A DNA stretch of 50,301 nucleotides. Origin: Pseudomonadota bacterium. Its GTDB lineage: Bacteria; Pseudomonadota; Alphaproteobacteria; Rhodobacterales; Rhodobacteraceae. Of the stretch, positions 42,484 to 50,301 are shown in pieces; within the stretch, counting starts at the first letter, position 1, and the number at the start of each line of letters is the position of its first letter. Both the position numbers and the translations under genes were made by a program. The stretch is taken from positions 1 through 50,301 of the forward strand of contig JBCCMW010000001.1 of assembly GCA_039026175.1 (NCBI GenBank). Direction: 5' to 3'. A model generated the notes under the pieces. The model was not told the DNA's origin and searched no databases. It saw only the letters and a list, made by a program, of their open reading frames with translations.

Positions 42484-42760
42484 AGTGCACTCTCTTGCGT
42501 GGTCGGCGCGTTTCCGGCTGCGGCGCGAGGTTTCGCGCGCGCTGGCCCTGTGGTTACCCTGGGGCGATGTTGCCCAGGCGATGGCCGCGTCTGCGGACCG
42601 TCGGCGGGCGGGCCCCTGTGGATCCCGCAACGGCTGGGGCCCGCACGCCCGGCCAGCCCGGGGCCGGACCGGCGGCGCCGCGTTCAGGCGGCATGACATC
42701 ACCCAGCATCGTCGTGCGGCGCACGTCCACGGCCCTCGCCCTCCCGGATCGGAGCGCGAC

Positions 42761-42783
42761 TGTGTGTTATGTTATAACATTTC
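42761..42783. promoter_or_regulatory. Zur box in the divergent region
   Basis: TGTTAT-GTT-ATAACA-TTTC, matching the proteobacterial Zur consensus GAAATGTTATA-N-TATAACATTTC; isolated AT-rich island. Confidence 0.85.
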
Positions 42784-42902
42784 GCAAGCGCAGGGGGTCT
42801 CGACTGTCGGCGCCGCCGAGAGGCAGGCCGCGCGCGCCTGGCGCGTCCTGGCGCGTTCCTGGCCCGCACCGGGCAAGGTGCCGGAAAAAGTTGCGAGGCA
42901 GG

Positions 42903-42932
42903 TGTAAGGTTCCTCTGTCCACCGTCGTCTTA
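42903..42932 (+). promoter_or_regulatory. Candidate ECF sigma promoter
   Basis: TGTAAG-N17-CGTCTTA ending 33 nt upstream of the Cys-rich ORF; CGTC is a typical ECF -10 element. Confidence 0.5.
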
Positions 42933-42965
42933 CCCTCCGATAGACACCTCGCGAAGGAGAGAGCG

Positions 42966-43124
42966 ATGGCCGACGACGACACCTGCACCTGCGATCATTG
43001 CCCCCCGTCCTGCACCTGTGGGCAGACCCCGCCCGCCGAGGGCGGCTGCTGCTGCGGCGAGACCTGCACCTGCGAGGCCTGCACCTGCGGGCCCAGCTGC
43101 GGCTGTCCGAACAGCGCAAACTAG
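42966..43124 (+). CDS. Metallothionein-like Cys-rich small protein, 52 aa
   Basis: AAGGAG RBS then ATG; MADDDTCTCDHCPPSCTCGQTPPAEGGCCCGETCTCEACTCGPSCGCPNSAN has 14 Cys in CxC and CCC motifs and no Phe/Tyr/Trp. The ORF track shows it only as the tail of 42495..43124. Confidence 0.8.
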   Translation: MADDDTCTCDHCPPSCTCGQTPPAEGGCCCGETCTCEACTCGPSCGCPNSAN

Positions 43125-43138
43125 GCTAGTCTGGCGCT

Positions 43139-43693
43139 GTGGCAGAGAGTGATCCCAGGGCGTGCGTTGCCAAGGCATTGCACGCCCATCGCAGCGAGCT
43201 CAGGCGGTACGTGGCGTCCCGGGTGCCCCGGGGCGACGTGGGCGACGTGGTGCAGATCGCGGCGCTGCGGGCGATCGAGCGGGCGGGCGACGTGCGCGAC
43301 GCCACACGGGTGCTGCCGTGGCTCTACCGCGTGCACGCCACCGCGGTGATCGATCTCGGCCGCAAAAAGGTGCGCGAGCAGCGCCTGCTGGCGGAACTGG
43401 CGTCCGAGCCGGCGCCGAACGAGGCCAGGGCCGAGCCCGCCTGCGGCTGCGCCATCGCCCTCGCGCGCCAGCTCAGCGCCAACTACGCGGCGATCCTGGA
43501 GCTGGTCGACGTGGCCGGCGTGTCGCTGACCCAGGCGGCCCGCACGCTCAGCATCTCGGTCAACAATGCGACGGTGCGGCTTCACCGCGCCCGTGCTGCG
43601 CTGAAAAAGCGGCTCCAGCAGCATTGCGGCGTCACGAGCGCGGGCGCCTGTGCGACATGCCGCTGCGCCTATGAGGGTTGCTGCGCGTCCTGA
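43139..43693 (+). CDS. ECF sigma factor with a CxC linker and C-terminal Cys-rich domain (CorE/SigZ-like)
   Basis: Sigma2 (ELRRYVASRV, DVVQ, PWLYRV..TAVID), ACGC linker, sigma4 (AARTLSIS..NATVRLHRARAALKKRL), tail HCGVTSAGACATCRCAYEGCCAS. Confidence 0.88.
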   Translation: MAESDPRACVAKALHAHRSELRRYVASRVPRGDVGDVVQIAALRAIERAGDVRDATRVLPWLYRVHATAVIDLGRKKVREQRLLAELASEPAPNEARAEPACGCAIALARQLSANYAAILELVDVAGVSLTQAARTLSISVNNATVRLHRARAALKKRLQQHCGVTSAGACATCRCAYEGCCAS

Positions 43694-43717
43694 GCGCCCA
43701 ACCGCGCCCGTTCGAAC

Positions 43718-43766
43718 CCAGAGCGAGGCCCAGAGCCGGGCCCAGAGCCAGGTCAGGACCCGGGCC
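43718..43766. repeat. Degenerate hexamer/12-mer repeat between convergent genes
   Basis: CCAGAG at 12-nt spacing three times, alternating with CCGGGC-like units. Confidence 0.5.
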
Positions 43767-43888
43767 ACCGGCGCACGCGGCGACCCGCTACGCAACGTCC
43801 TGCCATGCTGAACGAGAGACGGGGCAGCGCCGCAGCCGCGCCCCGATCTCGGTCCGTCACCACGGTGCAAGGGGGGCGCGGCGAGCGG

Positions 43889-45046
43889 TCATGCGGCGCC
43901 GCGCGTCTCGACCATTCGGGCGAGCAGGCTGGCGCCCACCGGCAGGGCGCTGTCGTCGAACACGAAGCCCGGATTGTGCAGCGGCATGTCGCCCGCGTGG
44001 CCGATGGTGCAGTAGGCGCCCGGGACCACGCGCAGCATGTCGGCGAAATCCTCGGACCCCATCACCAGGTCATCCTTGATCGTGGCGCTGGACGGGTCGG
44101 TCACCTCCTTGGCCGCGGCGACCATCGCGTGGGACAGCGCCTCGTCGTTCTTCAGCACGTCGAAGACGTTGCGCATGTCGACCTCGATCCGGGCGCCGAG
44201 GGCCGCCCCCATACCGGCCGCGATCTGGTGCATCCGCTCGGTAATGAGCGCCGCGACGTCGTCGTGGAAATAGCGCACGGTCCCCGCGATCTCGGCCGTC
44301 TCGGGCACCACGTTGTAGGCCGAGCCCGAGGCCATGCGCGTGACCGACAGCACCGCGGGCTTGGTCGGTGCCACGTTGCGCGAGACGATCGTCTGCAGCT
44401 GCTGCACCAGGCTGGTGGTGATCAGCAGCGCGTCGCGGCCGGCCTGGGGCATCGCGGCGTGGCTGCCCTTGCCGGTGATGCGGATGTCGAAGAAGTTCGC
44501 CCCCGCCATCGCGTCGCCCGGCTTCACGCCGATCTCGCCCGGGTCGTGGTAGGGCGAGTTGTGGATGCCGTAGATCTCGTCGCAGGGAAAGCGCTCGAAC
44601 AGCCCGTCGGCCAGCATGGCGCGCGCCCCGCCCAGGCCCTCCTCGGCCGGCTGGAAGATAAAGACCGCGGTGCCCGCGAAATCCCGCGTCGCGGCCAGGT
44701 ACTGCGCGGCGCCCAGCAGCATGGTGGTGTGCGCATCGTGGCCGCAGGCGTGCATCACGCCCGGCGTCTTCGAGGCGTAGGGCAGGTTCGTCGTCTCGTG
44801 GATCGGCAGCGCGTCCATGTCGGCGCGGAGCCCGATGGTGAGCCCCGCACGCCCGCCCTGCAGCACGCCGACAACGCCCGTCTTGCCGAGCCCGATGGTC
44901 ACCTCGACCCCCCACCGGCGGAGCGCGTCGGCAACGACGCCCGAGGTCCGGGTCTCCTGGAACCCCAGTTCGGGGTGCTGGTGGATGTCGCGGCGGATGG
45001 CGGTCAGCGCGTCGGCTTCGGCGGCGATACGGTCGATGACGGGCAC
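43889..45046 (-). CDS. M20 family amidohydrolase (hippurate hydrolase-like)
   Basis: RRDIHQHPELGFQE, LRADMDALP, MHACGHDAH, FQPAEEG, GSHAAMP, GSEDFA, LHNPGF; GTG start after GAGGAG. Confidence 0.93.
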   Translation of the reverse strand: MPVIDRIAAEADALTAIRRDIHQHPELGFQETRTSGVVADALRRWGVEVTIGLGKTGVVGVLQGGRAGLTIGLRADMDALPIHETTNLPYASKTPGVMHACGHDAHTTMLLGAAQYLAATRDFAGTAVFIFQPAEEGLGGARAMLADGLFERFPCDEIYGIHNSPYHDPGEIGVKPGDAMAGANFFDIRITGKGSHAAMPQAGRDALLITTSLVQQLQTIVSRNVAPTKPAVLSVTRMASGSAYNVVPETAEIAGTVRYFHDDVAALITERMHQIAAGMGAALGARIEVDMRNVFDVLKNDEALSHAMVAAAKEVTDPSSATIKDDLVMGSEDFADMLRVVPGAYCTIGHAGDMPLHNPGFVFDDSALPVGASLLARMVETRGAA

Positions 45047-45086
45047 GGGGCTCTCCTCGGCAGGGTGCGGTGTGGGGTGGGTTGGG

Positions 45087-46610
45087 TCAGGCAGGCGGCT
45101 GATAAGCCGGGGGCTCGAAAGCCGGGCCGCCGGGGGCCGTGCGCAGCCCGGGGCGCAGGCGCCGCCACGGCAGGGTGGAGGGGTCCACCGCCATCGGCCC
45201 CGGCGCGCGCGCCACCAGGATCGCCGCAGCGGCGGGGGCGAAGTCGGCGCGGAAGTGGACCGAGCTCTTGACCACCACCACCGTCTGGCGCGCCACGGGG
45301 ATGCCAAGCGTCTCGAACATCGCGCGGTCGGCCATCTGCGCCTTGGCCGACACCAGCGCGATGCGCACTGGGCCAAGGCGGAGGCACGCCGAGGGACCCA
45401 TCTCCATCGCCCGCCCGCCGTAGAACGGCCCCGGCGCCAGGAAGCGGCCGTCGGTCAGACGCTCGACCAGGAACTCGGCCTCGAACGGCGCGTCGCCCGG
45501 CACGCGGGACTTGCCGCCGAGCGCAAGGCGCACGGTCGCGCCCTCCCCCGCCGCGTGGGCGCGCGCGGCGCTGTCGGGATCGTAGAGGTTGCCGATGGCC
45601 ATCGGCGCCTCGGTGCCGGCGGCCAGCAGGGCGCGCAGCATGCCGGTGGTGTCGCTGTCGGCGCCCGCACCGGGGTTGTCCTGGGTGTCGCTGACCACGA
45701 CCGGGCGGCTGGCCTTGGCCGCCAGCGAGAGCGCCCGGGCGATCGCCTCGTCCGGCGCGTAGACGGTGCCCGCGAACTCGGGCTCGGCCGCCACGATGTC
45801 GGCCATCAGCGCGTCGGCCGCGCGGTCGGCCGCCGGGCCGTAGGCGGCGACGCTCATGCCGCAGCCGGGGATGTCGGCCGCCGGGAAGCCCATGTTGAAG
45901 CTGACCGCGGTGCCCTCGCGCGACAGATCGGCGACCCGGGCATAGAGGCGCCCTGCGGGGGCGTTGTCGGTGGACTGCCAGGCGATGGCGGTCAGGAACG
46001 GCGCCTGGCGGAACGCCTTGGCGGGCCGGCCCTCGGCCATGATCCGGCCCAGCATCGCAGCCGCACGGCGCCCGGTGTCGGCCATGTCGACATGCGGGTA
46101 GGTGCGGTAACTCTCCAACGCGTCGGCCAGATCCACCATCTGGGGCGTGACGTTGGCGTGCAGGTCCAGCGAGGCGACGATGGGCACCGCGCCCAGCCCC
46201 GTGCCCAGGCGCGCGCGCAGCCGGCGCAAGAGCTCGCCCTCGCCGTCGTCCAGATGCTCGGTCACCATCGCGCCGTGCAGGTCCAGGAACACGCCATCCA
46301 GCGGCATCGCAGCGGCGATCAGGTCGACCAGCCGGCCGGCGATGCGCTCGAACGCGTCCTCGGTCACGTGGGCCGAGGGCGAGGTCGCGCACCAGAGCGT
46401 CGGCACCACCGTCCAGCCGGCCTCGGCCGCATGGGCCAGCGCGCCGGCAATCGCAACGTTGGTGCCCGACAGCGTGGCAGCGATTGCCTCGCCCTCGACC
46501 ATCCGCCCCGCGCCGCCGCCCGAGACAAAGTCCGCATAGGTCGCCTTGGACGGGCCGAAGGTGTTCGTCTCGTGCAGGAAACCGCCGATGGCGACACGCT
46601 GGGCGCTCAT
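45087..46610 (-). CDS. M81 family metallopeptidase (MlrC-like)
   Basis: HETNTF, LDLHGAM, DGEG, LDLHAN, YRTYPHVD, DNPGAG, VKSSVHFRADF. Confidence 0.9.
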   Translation of the reverse strand: MSAQRVAIGGFLHETNTFGPSKATYADFVSGGGAGRMVEGEAIAATLSGTNVAIAGALAHAAEAGWTVVPTLWCATSPSAHVTEDAFERIAGRLVDLIAAAMPLDGVFLDLHGAMVTEHLDDGEGELLRRLRARLGTGLGAVPIVASLDLHANVTPQMVDLADALESYRTYPHVDMADTGRRAAAMLGRIMAEGRPAKAFRQAPFLTAIAWQSTDNAPAGRLYARVADLSREGTAVSFNMGFPAADIPGCGMSVAAYGPAADRAADALMADIVAAEPEFAGTVYAPDEAIARALSLAAKASRPVVVSDTQDNPGAGADSDTTGMLRALLAAGTEAPMAIGNLYDPDSAARAHAAGEGATVRLALGGKSRVPGDAPFEAEFLVERLTDGRFLAPGPFYGGRAMEMGPSACLRLGPVRIALVSAKAQMADRAMFETLGIPVARQTVVVVKSSVHFRADFAPAAAAILVARAPGPMAVDPSTLPWRRLRPGLRTAPGGPAFEPPAYQPPA

Positions 46611-46908
46611 GCCGCCCACCCGGGTGCGGGCGGGCAGGGGCACGCGTCGACGCACGGTCGATGTCGGTCATGCCGTGTCATGCCAGCCGCCCTCCTTGCC
46701 GCGTGCTCGCCCACCGGCCCCGTGCCGGGGTGCCGATCGCCGCGCCGTTCACACTTGACAAGGCATCGGAGCGGAACACAACTTTTGCTCAGTATAGCGG
46801 CGCCACCACGCCGCGTGCCCTCAAAAAAAGCAAGGCTGCCAAATACAGCAGCAAAGACAGGCAAGAGCTCGCGACAGTCAAAGCGCGCAAGTCACGGGGA
46901 GAGCCGAG

Positions 46909-48510
46909 ATGACCGATATCGCAACCAACCTCCGCAGGGTGCGCACCCTGCTGGGGGCAGCGGCCTTGACGGCGCTGTTGGCCGTTCCGGCGGCTGCACA
47001 GGATACCCTGCGCGTCGTCAAGCACTCGTCGCTGCGGGTGCTCGATCCGATCGTCACCACTGCGTACATGAGCCGAAATCACGGCTACATGGTTTACGAC
47101 ACGCTGTTTGCGCTCGACGAGAATTTCGAGCCGCAACCGCAGATGATCGAGTCCCACGAAGTGTCGGACGACGGTCTGGTGCACACCTTCACGCTGCGAG
47201 AGGGCATGACCTTCCACGACGGCGCCCCGGTGACGTCCGAGGACGTGATCCCGTCGCTGCGCCGCTGGGGCGAGCGCGATTCGATGGGCCAGGTGCTGAT
47301 GAGCTTTGTCGCGTCGATGGACGCGGTCGACGCGACGACCTTCACCATGACGCTGACCGAGCCCTATGGCCTGGTCGTGGACAGCCTGGCCAAGCCGTCC
47401 TCGAACGTCCCCTTCATCATGCCCAAGCGCTTTGCCGAGACGCCGTCGACCGAGGCGGTGCCCGAGCAGATCGGGTCCGGCCCCTTCGTCTTCGTCGCCG
47501 ACGAGTTCGAGCCGGGCGTGCGCACGGTCTATGAGCGGTTCGAGGGCTATGTGCCGCGCGACGAGGGGCCGAGCTGGACCTCGGGCAGCAAGATGGCCAA
47601 CGTCGACAGGGTCGAGTGGGTCGTGTTCCCGGACGATCAGACCACGCTGAACGCGCTGTTGGCCGGCGAGATCGATTACTGGGAGAGCGTGCCCCACGAT
47701 CTGGTGCCCGTGCTGGAGGCGAGCGGCGAGATCAACATCCGCGCGATCAACCAGATGGGCTCGCAGACGATCATGCGGCTCAACTTCCTGCATCCGCCGT
47801 TCGACGACCCGCAGGTGCGCCGCGCCGCGATGATGGCGCTGAACCAGGAGGACGTGCTGGCGGCCCTGGTCGGCAACCCGGACTTCTTCGAGACCTGCCC
47901 CGCGATGTTCGTCTGCGGCACCCCGCTGGAGACCGACATCGGCGCCGAGACCATCACCGACGGGTCGGGGATGGAGCAGGCGCGCGCGCTGCTGGCCGAG
48001 TCGTCGTACGACGGCACGCCCATCGTGATGATGCACCCCACCGACGTAGGCACGCTGCGCACCCAGCCGGTGGTGGGCGCCCAGGCGCTGCGCGACGCGG
48101 GGTTCGAGGTCGACCTGCAGGCGATGGACTGGCAGACGCTGGTCGGCCGGCGCGCCAGCCAGGCCCCGATCGGCGAGGGCGGCTGGAACGTGTTCTTCAC
48201 CAACTGGGTGGGCGCGGACGTGTTCAACCCGCTGGTCAACAACATGGTCAACGGCAAGGGCCCCGAGGGCGGCTGGTTCGGCTGGCCCGACGTGCCCGAG
48301 GTCGAGACCCTGCGCATCGAGTACGCCAAGGCAGGCTCGGTCGAGGAGCAGCAGCGCATCGCCGCCGAGATTCAGCGCATCGCCTTCGAACAGGTGATGT
48401 ACGTCCCCCTCGGCCAGTATCGCACCCCCACCGCGTGGCGGAGCGAGATCAGTGGCGTGCTGGACGGCCCCGTCCCGGTGTTCTGGAACATCACCAAGGG
48501 CGAGAGCTGA
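46909..48510 (+). CDS. ABC transporter substrate-binding protein, family 5 (Dpp/Opp)
   Basis: Signal peptide ending in AAA-Q; LDP, YDTLF, FTLREGMTFHDG, IGSGPF, PPFDDPQVRRA. Confidence 0.93.
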   Translation: MTDIATNLRRVRTLLGAAALTALLAVPAAAQDTLRVVKHSSLRVLDPIVTTAYMSRNHGYMVYDTLFALDENFEPQPQMIESHEVSDDGLVHTFTLREGMTFHDGAPVTSEDVIPSLRRWGERDSMGQVLMSFVASMDAVDATTFTMTLTEPYGLVVDSLAKPSSNVPFIMPKRFAETPSTEAVPEQIGSGPFVFVADEFEPGVRTVYERFEGYVPRDEGPSWTSGSKMANVDRVEWVVFPDDQTTLNALLAGEIDYWESVPHDLVPVLEASGEINIRAINQMGSQTIMRLNFLHPPFDDPQVRRAAMMALNQEDVLAALVGNPDFFETCPAMFVCGTPLETDIGAETITDGSGMEQARALLAESSYDGTPIVMMHPTDVGTLRTQPVVGAQALRDAGFEVDLQAMDWQTLVGRRASQAPIGEGGWNVFFTNWVGADVFNPLVNNMVNGKGPEGGWFGWPDVPEVETLRIEYAKAGSVEEQQRIAAEIQRIAFEQVMYVPLGQYRTPTAWRSEISGVLDGPVPVFWNITKGES

Positions 48511-48614
48511 GCGCTCGGGCCCGCCCATCGCGCCCGCCCCGCTGCGGCGGGCGCCCCTCCGGCCCGGTACGCGGGCCGGCGACCCCATGATCGCCCAAGC
48601 CCGAGGGGGCCCGG

Positions 48615-49559
48615 ATGGCGGCTTACATCGCACAGCGCATCCTCGCCGCGATCGTGGTAATGGCCATGGTGGCGCTGTTCGTCTTCCTGCTGCTGCGCCT
48701 GTCGCCCGGCGACCCGGCCGCGATCATCGCGGGCGACGCCGCAACCCCCGAACAGCTTGAGCGGATCCGCGAGAACCTGGGCCTGAACGATCCCATTCAG
48801 GTGCAGTTCCTCACCTGGATGAGCGACCTGGTACAGGGCGATTTCGGCACCTCGATCCTGTCGGGCACCCCGGTGCTGGAGATGATCGGCGGCCGGATCG
48901 AGCCCACGATCAGCCTGGCGCTCACGACCATCGTGCTGTCGGTGGTGATCGCCGTGCCGCTGGGCGTGCTGGCGGCCTGGCAGCGGGGCACGGTGATCGA
49001 CCGGTTCGTGATGGCGCTCTCGGTGCTCGGCTTTTCGGTGCCGGTGTTCGTGATCGGCTACGTGATGATCTCGCTGTTTTCCATGCAGCTCGGCTGGTTC
49101 CCGGTGCAAGGGTTCCGGTCGCTGACCGACGGGCTGGGCGACTTCGCCTCGCGCCTGGCGCTGCCGACGCTCACGCTGACGCTGCTGTACATCGCGCTGA
49201 TCGCCCGCATCACCCGGACCTCGATGCTGGAGATCCTGGGCGAGGATTACGTGCGCACCGCCCGGGCCAAGGGGCTGCCGGAATGGCGCGTGCTGCTGGT
49301 CCACGCGCTGCGCAACTGCTCGGTGCCGATCATCACGATCATCGGGATCGGCTTCGCGCTGATTATCTCGGGCGTGGTGGTGACCGAGAGCGTGTTCAAC
49401 CTGCCGGGCCTGGGGCGGCTGACGGTGGATGCGGTGCTGGCGCGGGACTACCCGGTGATCCAGGCGGTGATCCTGCTGGCCTCGCTGATCTACGTGATCA
49501 TCAACCTGCTGATCGACATCGCCTACGTGCTGTTGGACCCCAGGATCCGGTACACATGA
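48615..49559 (+). CDS. ABC transporter permease (DppB/OppB-like)
   Basis: PGDPA, GDFGTS, EDYVRTARAKGL, HALRN, ESVFNLPGLG, RDYPVIQ, LDPRIR. Confidence 0.94.
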   Translation: MAAYIAQRILAAIVVMAMVALFVFLLLRLSPGDPAAIIAGDAATPEQLERIRENLGLNDPIQVQFLTWMSDLVQGDFGTSILSGTPVLEMIGGRIEPTISLALTTIVLSVVIAVPLGVLAAWQRGTVIDRFVMALSVLGFSVPVFVIGYVMISLFSMQLGWFPVQGFRSLTDGLGDFASRLALPTLTLTLLYIALIARITRTSMLEILGEDYVRTARAKGLPEWRVLLVHALRNCSVPIITIIGIGFALIISGVVVTESVFNLPGLGRLTVDAVLARDYPVIQAVILLASLIYVIINLLIDIAYVLLDPRIRYT

Positions 49560-50301
49560 CCGAGATGGCCTCGCAGCCCACAACGGCGGCGCCCGGCCCC
49601 GTCGCCGCGGCCCCCGCCGCCCCCAGCCTGCTGCGCGAGATCCGGCGGGCCATGGCCTCCAGCCCCATCGTGGCGCTCGCCAGCCTGTTCCTGGTGGTGA
49701 TCCTGCTGATCGCGATCCTGGCGCCGTGGATAGTGCCGCACGACCCGACGCGGCTGACCCCGACCGCGCGGCTGAAGCCGCCCAGCGCCGAATTCTGGCT
49801 GGGCACCGACGCGTTCGGGCGGGACTTGTTCTCGCGCATCGTCCTCGGCGCGCGGATCTCGCTGATCGTGGGCATCGGTGCGGCGGTGGCGGCGGTCGCG
49901 GTGGGCCTGGCGCTGGGCCTGATCGCGGGGTTCGTGCGGGCGGCGGACGCAGTGATCATGCGCTTTGTCGATGGCATGATGGCGATCCCCAACATCCTGC
50001 TGGCCATCGCCATCGTCGCGCTGTCGGGCGCCAGCCTATGGACCGTGCTGGTCGCCATCACCCTGCCCGAGATCCCGCGCGTCGTCCGGCTGGTCCGCTC
50101 GGTCGTGCTGTCGGCGCGCGAGGAGCCGTACGTCGACGCCGCGGTCGCCTGCGGTTCGTCCACCTGGCGCATCCTGCACCGTCACCTGCTGCCCAACACG
50201 GTGGCGCCGCTGATCGTGCAGGGGACGTACATCTGCGCCTCGGCGATCCTGGTCGAGGCGATCCTGTCGTTCCTGGGCGCCGGCATCAGCCCCGAGACGC
50301 C
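49556..50301 (+). CDS. ABC transporter permease (DppC/OppC-like), 3' truncated by the window
   Basis: ATGA overlap; frame translates to WLGTDAFGRDLFSRIVLGARISL, MAIPNILLAIA, PYVDAA, HLLPN, EAILSFLG; no stop before the window end. Confidence 0.92.
   Translation, partial: MTEMASQPTTAAPGPVAAAPAAPSLLREIRRAMASSPIVALASLFLVVILLIAILAPWIVPHDPTRLTPTARLKPPSAEFWLGTDAFGRDLFSRIVLGARISLIVGIGAAVAAVAVGLALGLIAGFVRAADAVIMRFVDGMMAIPNILLAIAIVALSGASLWTVLVAITLPEIPRVVRLVRSVVLSAREEPYVDAAVACGSSTWRILHRHLLPNTVAPLIVQGTYICASAILVEAILSFLGAGISPET

Noticed and set aside
45087-46610. Microcystin degradation pathway
   Set aside because: Only an MlrC-family gene is present, with no mlrA, mlrB or mlrD, and the family is widespread.
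46755-46800. Sigma70 promoter for the ABC operon (TTGACA)
   Set aside because: The -35 is perfect but no convincing -10 lies at 16-18 nt spacing, so I did not call it.

Overview
High-GC bacterial DNA, most likely a Rhodobacterales-like alphaproteobacterium (inferred from gene content, not from a marker gene). Five blocks are visible. (1) 1-17.9 kb: a surface-polysaccharide locus with an RTX-type protein end, glucose-1-phosphate cytidylyltransferase, an SDR epimerase fused to a sugar C-methyltransferase, two more C-methyltransferase paralogs, three GT2s, one GT4, a Wzx flippase, a TylF-like methyltransferase and a 1288-aa beta-helix/LamG/repeat protein. (2) 18-26.6 kb: a 4-hydroxybenzoate/protocatechuate operon (pcaC-pcaH-pcaG-pcaB-TRAP-pobA) divergent from pcaQ. 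(3) 26.7-35.2 kb: a VOC/Tat-subunit/GMC oxidoreductase trio, then globin, FIST protein, a hybrid kinase with a LOV-type PAS domain and a LuxR regulator. (4) 35.6-43.7 kb: an FMN-binding protein and ABC-2 pair, then a metal-homeostasis island. Its leftward arm carries two Zur-like boxes, a DsrE-like protein, a 71-aa protein, a COG0523 GTPase and a class III ADH that has lost its structural-zinc ligands. Its rightward arm encodes a 52-aa, 14-Cys metallothionein-like protein and a CorE-like Cys-rich ECF sigma factor. (5) 43.9-50.3 kb: M20 and MlrC-like peptidases divergent from a Dpp/Opp ABC transporter. I saw no rRNA, tRNA, CRISPR array or transposase. The best candidates for an undescribed system are the two-armed metal island and the globin-FIST-LOV kinase module. 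All calls come from motif reading without database searches, and several start codons are estimates.
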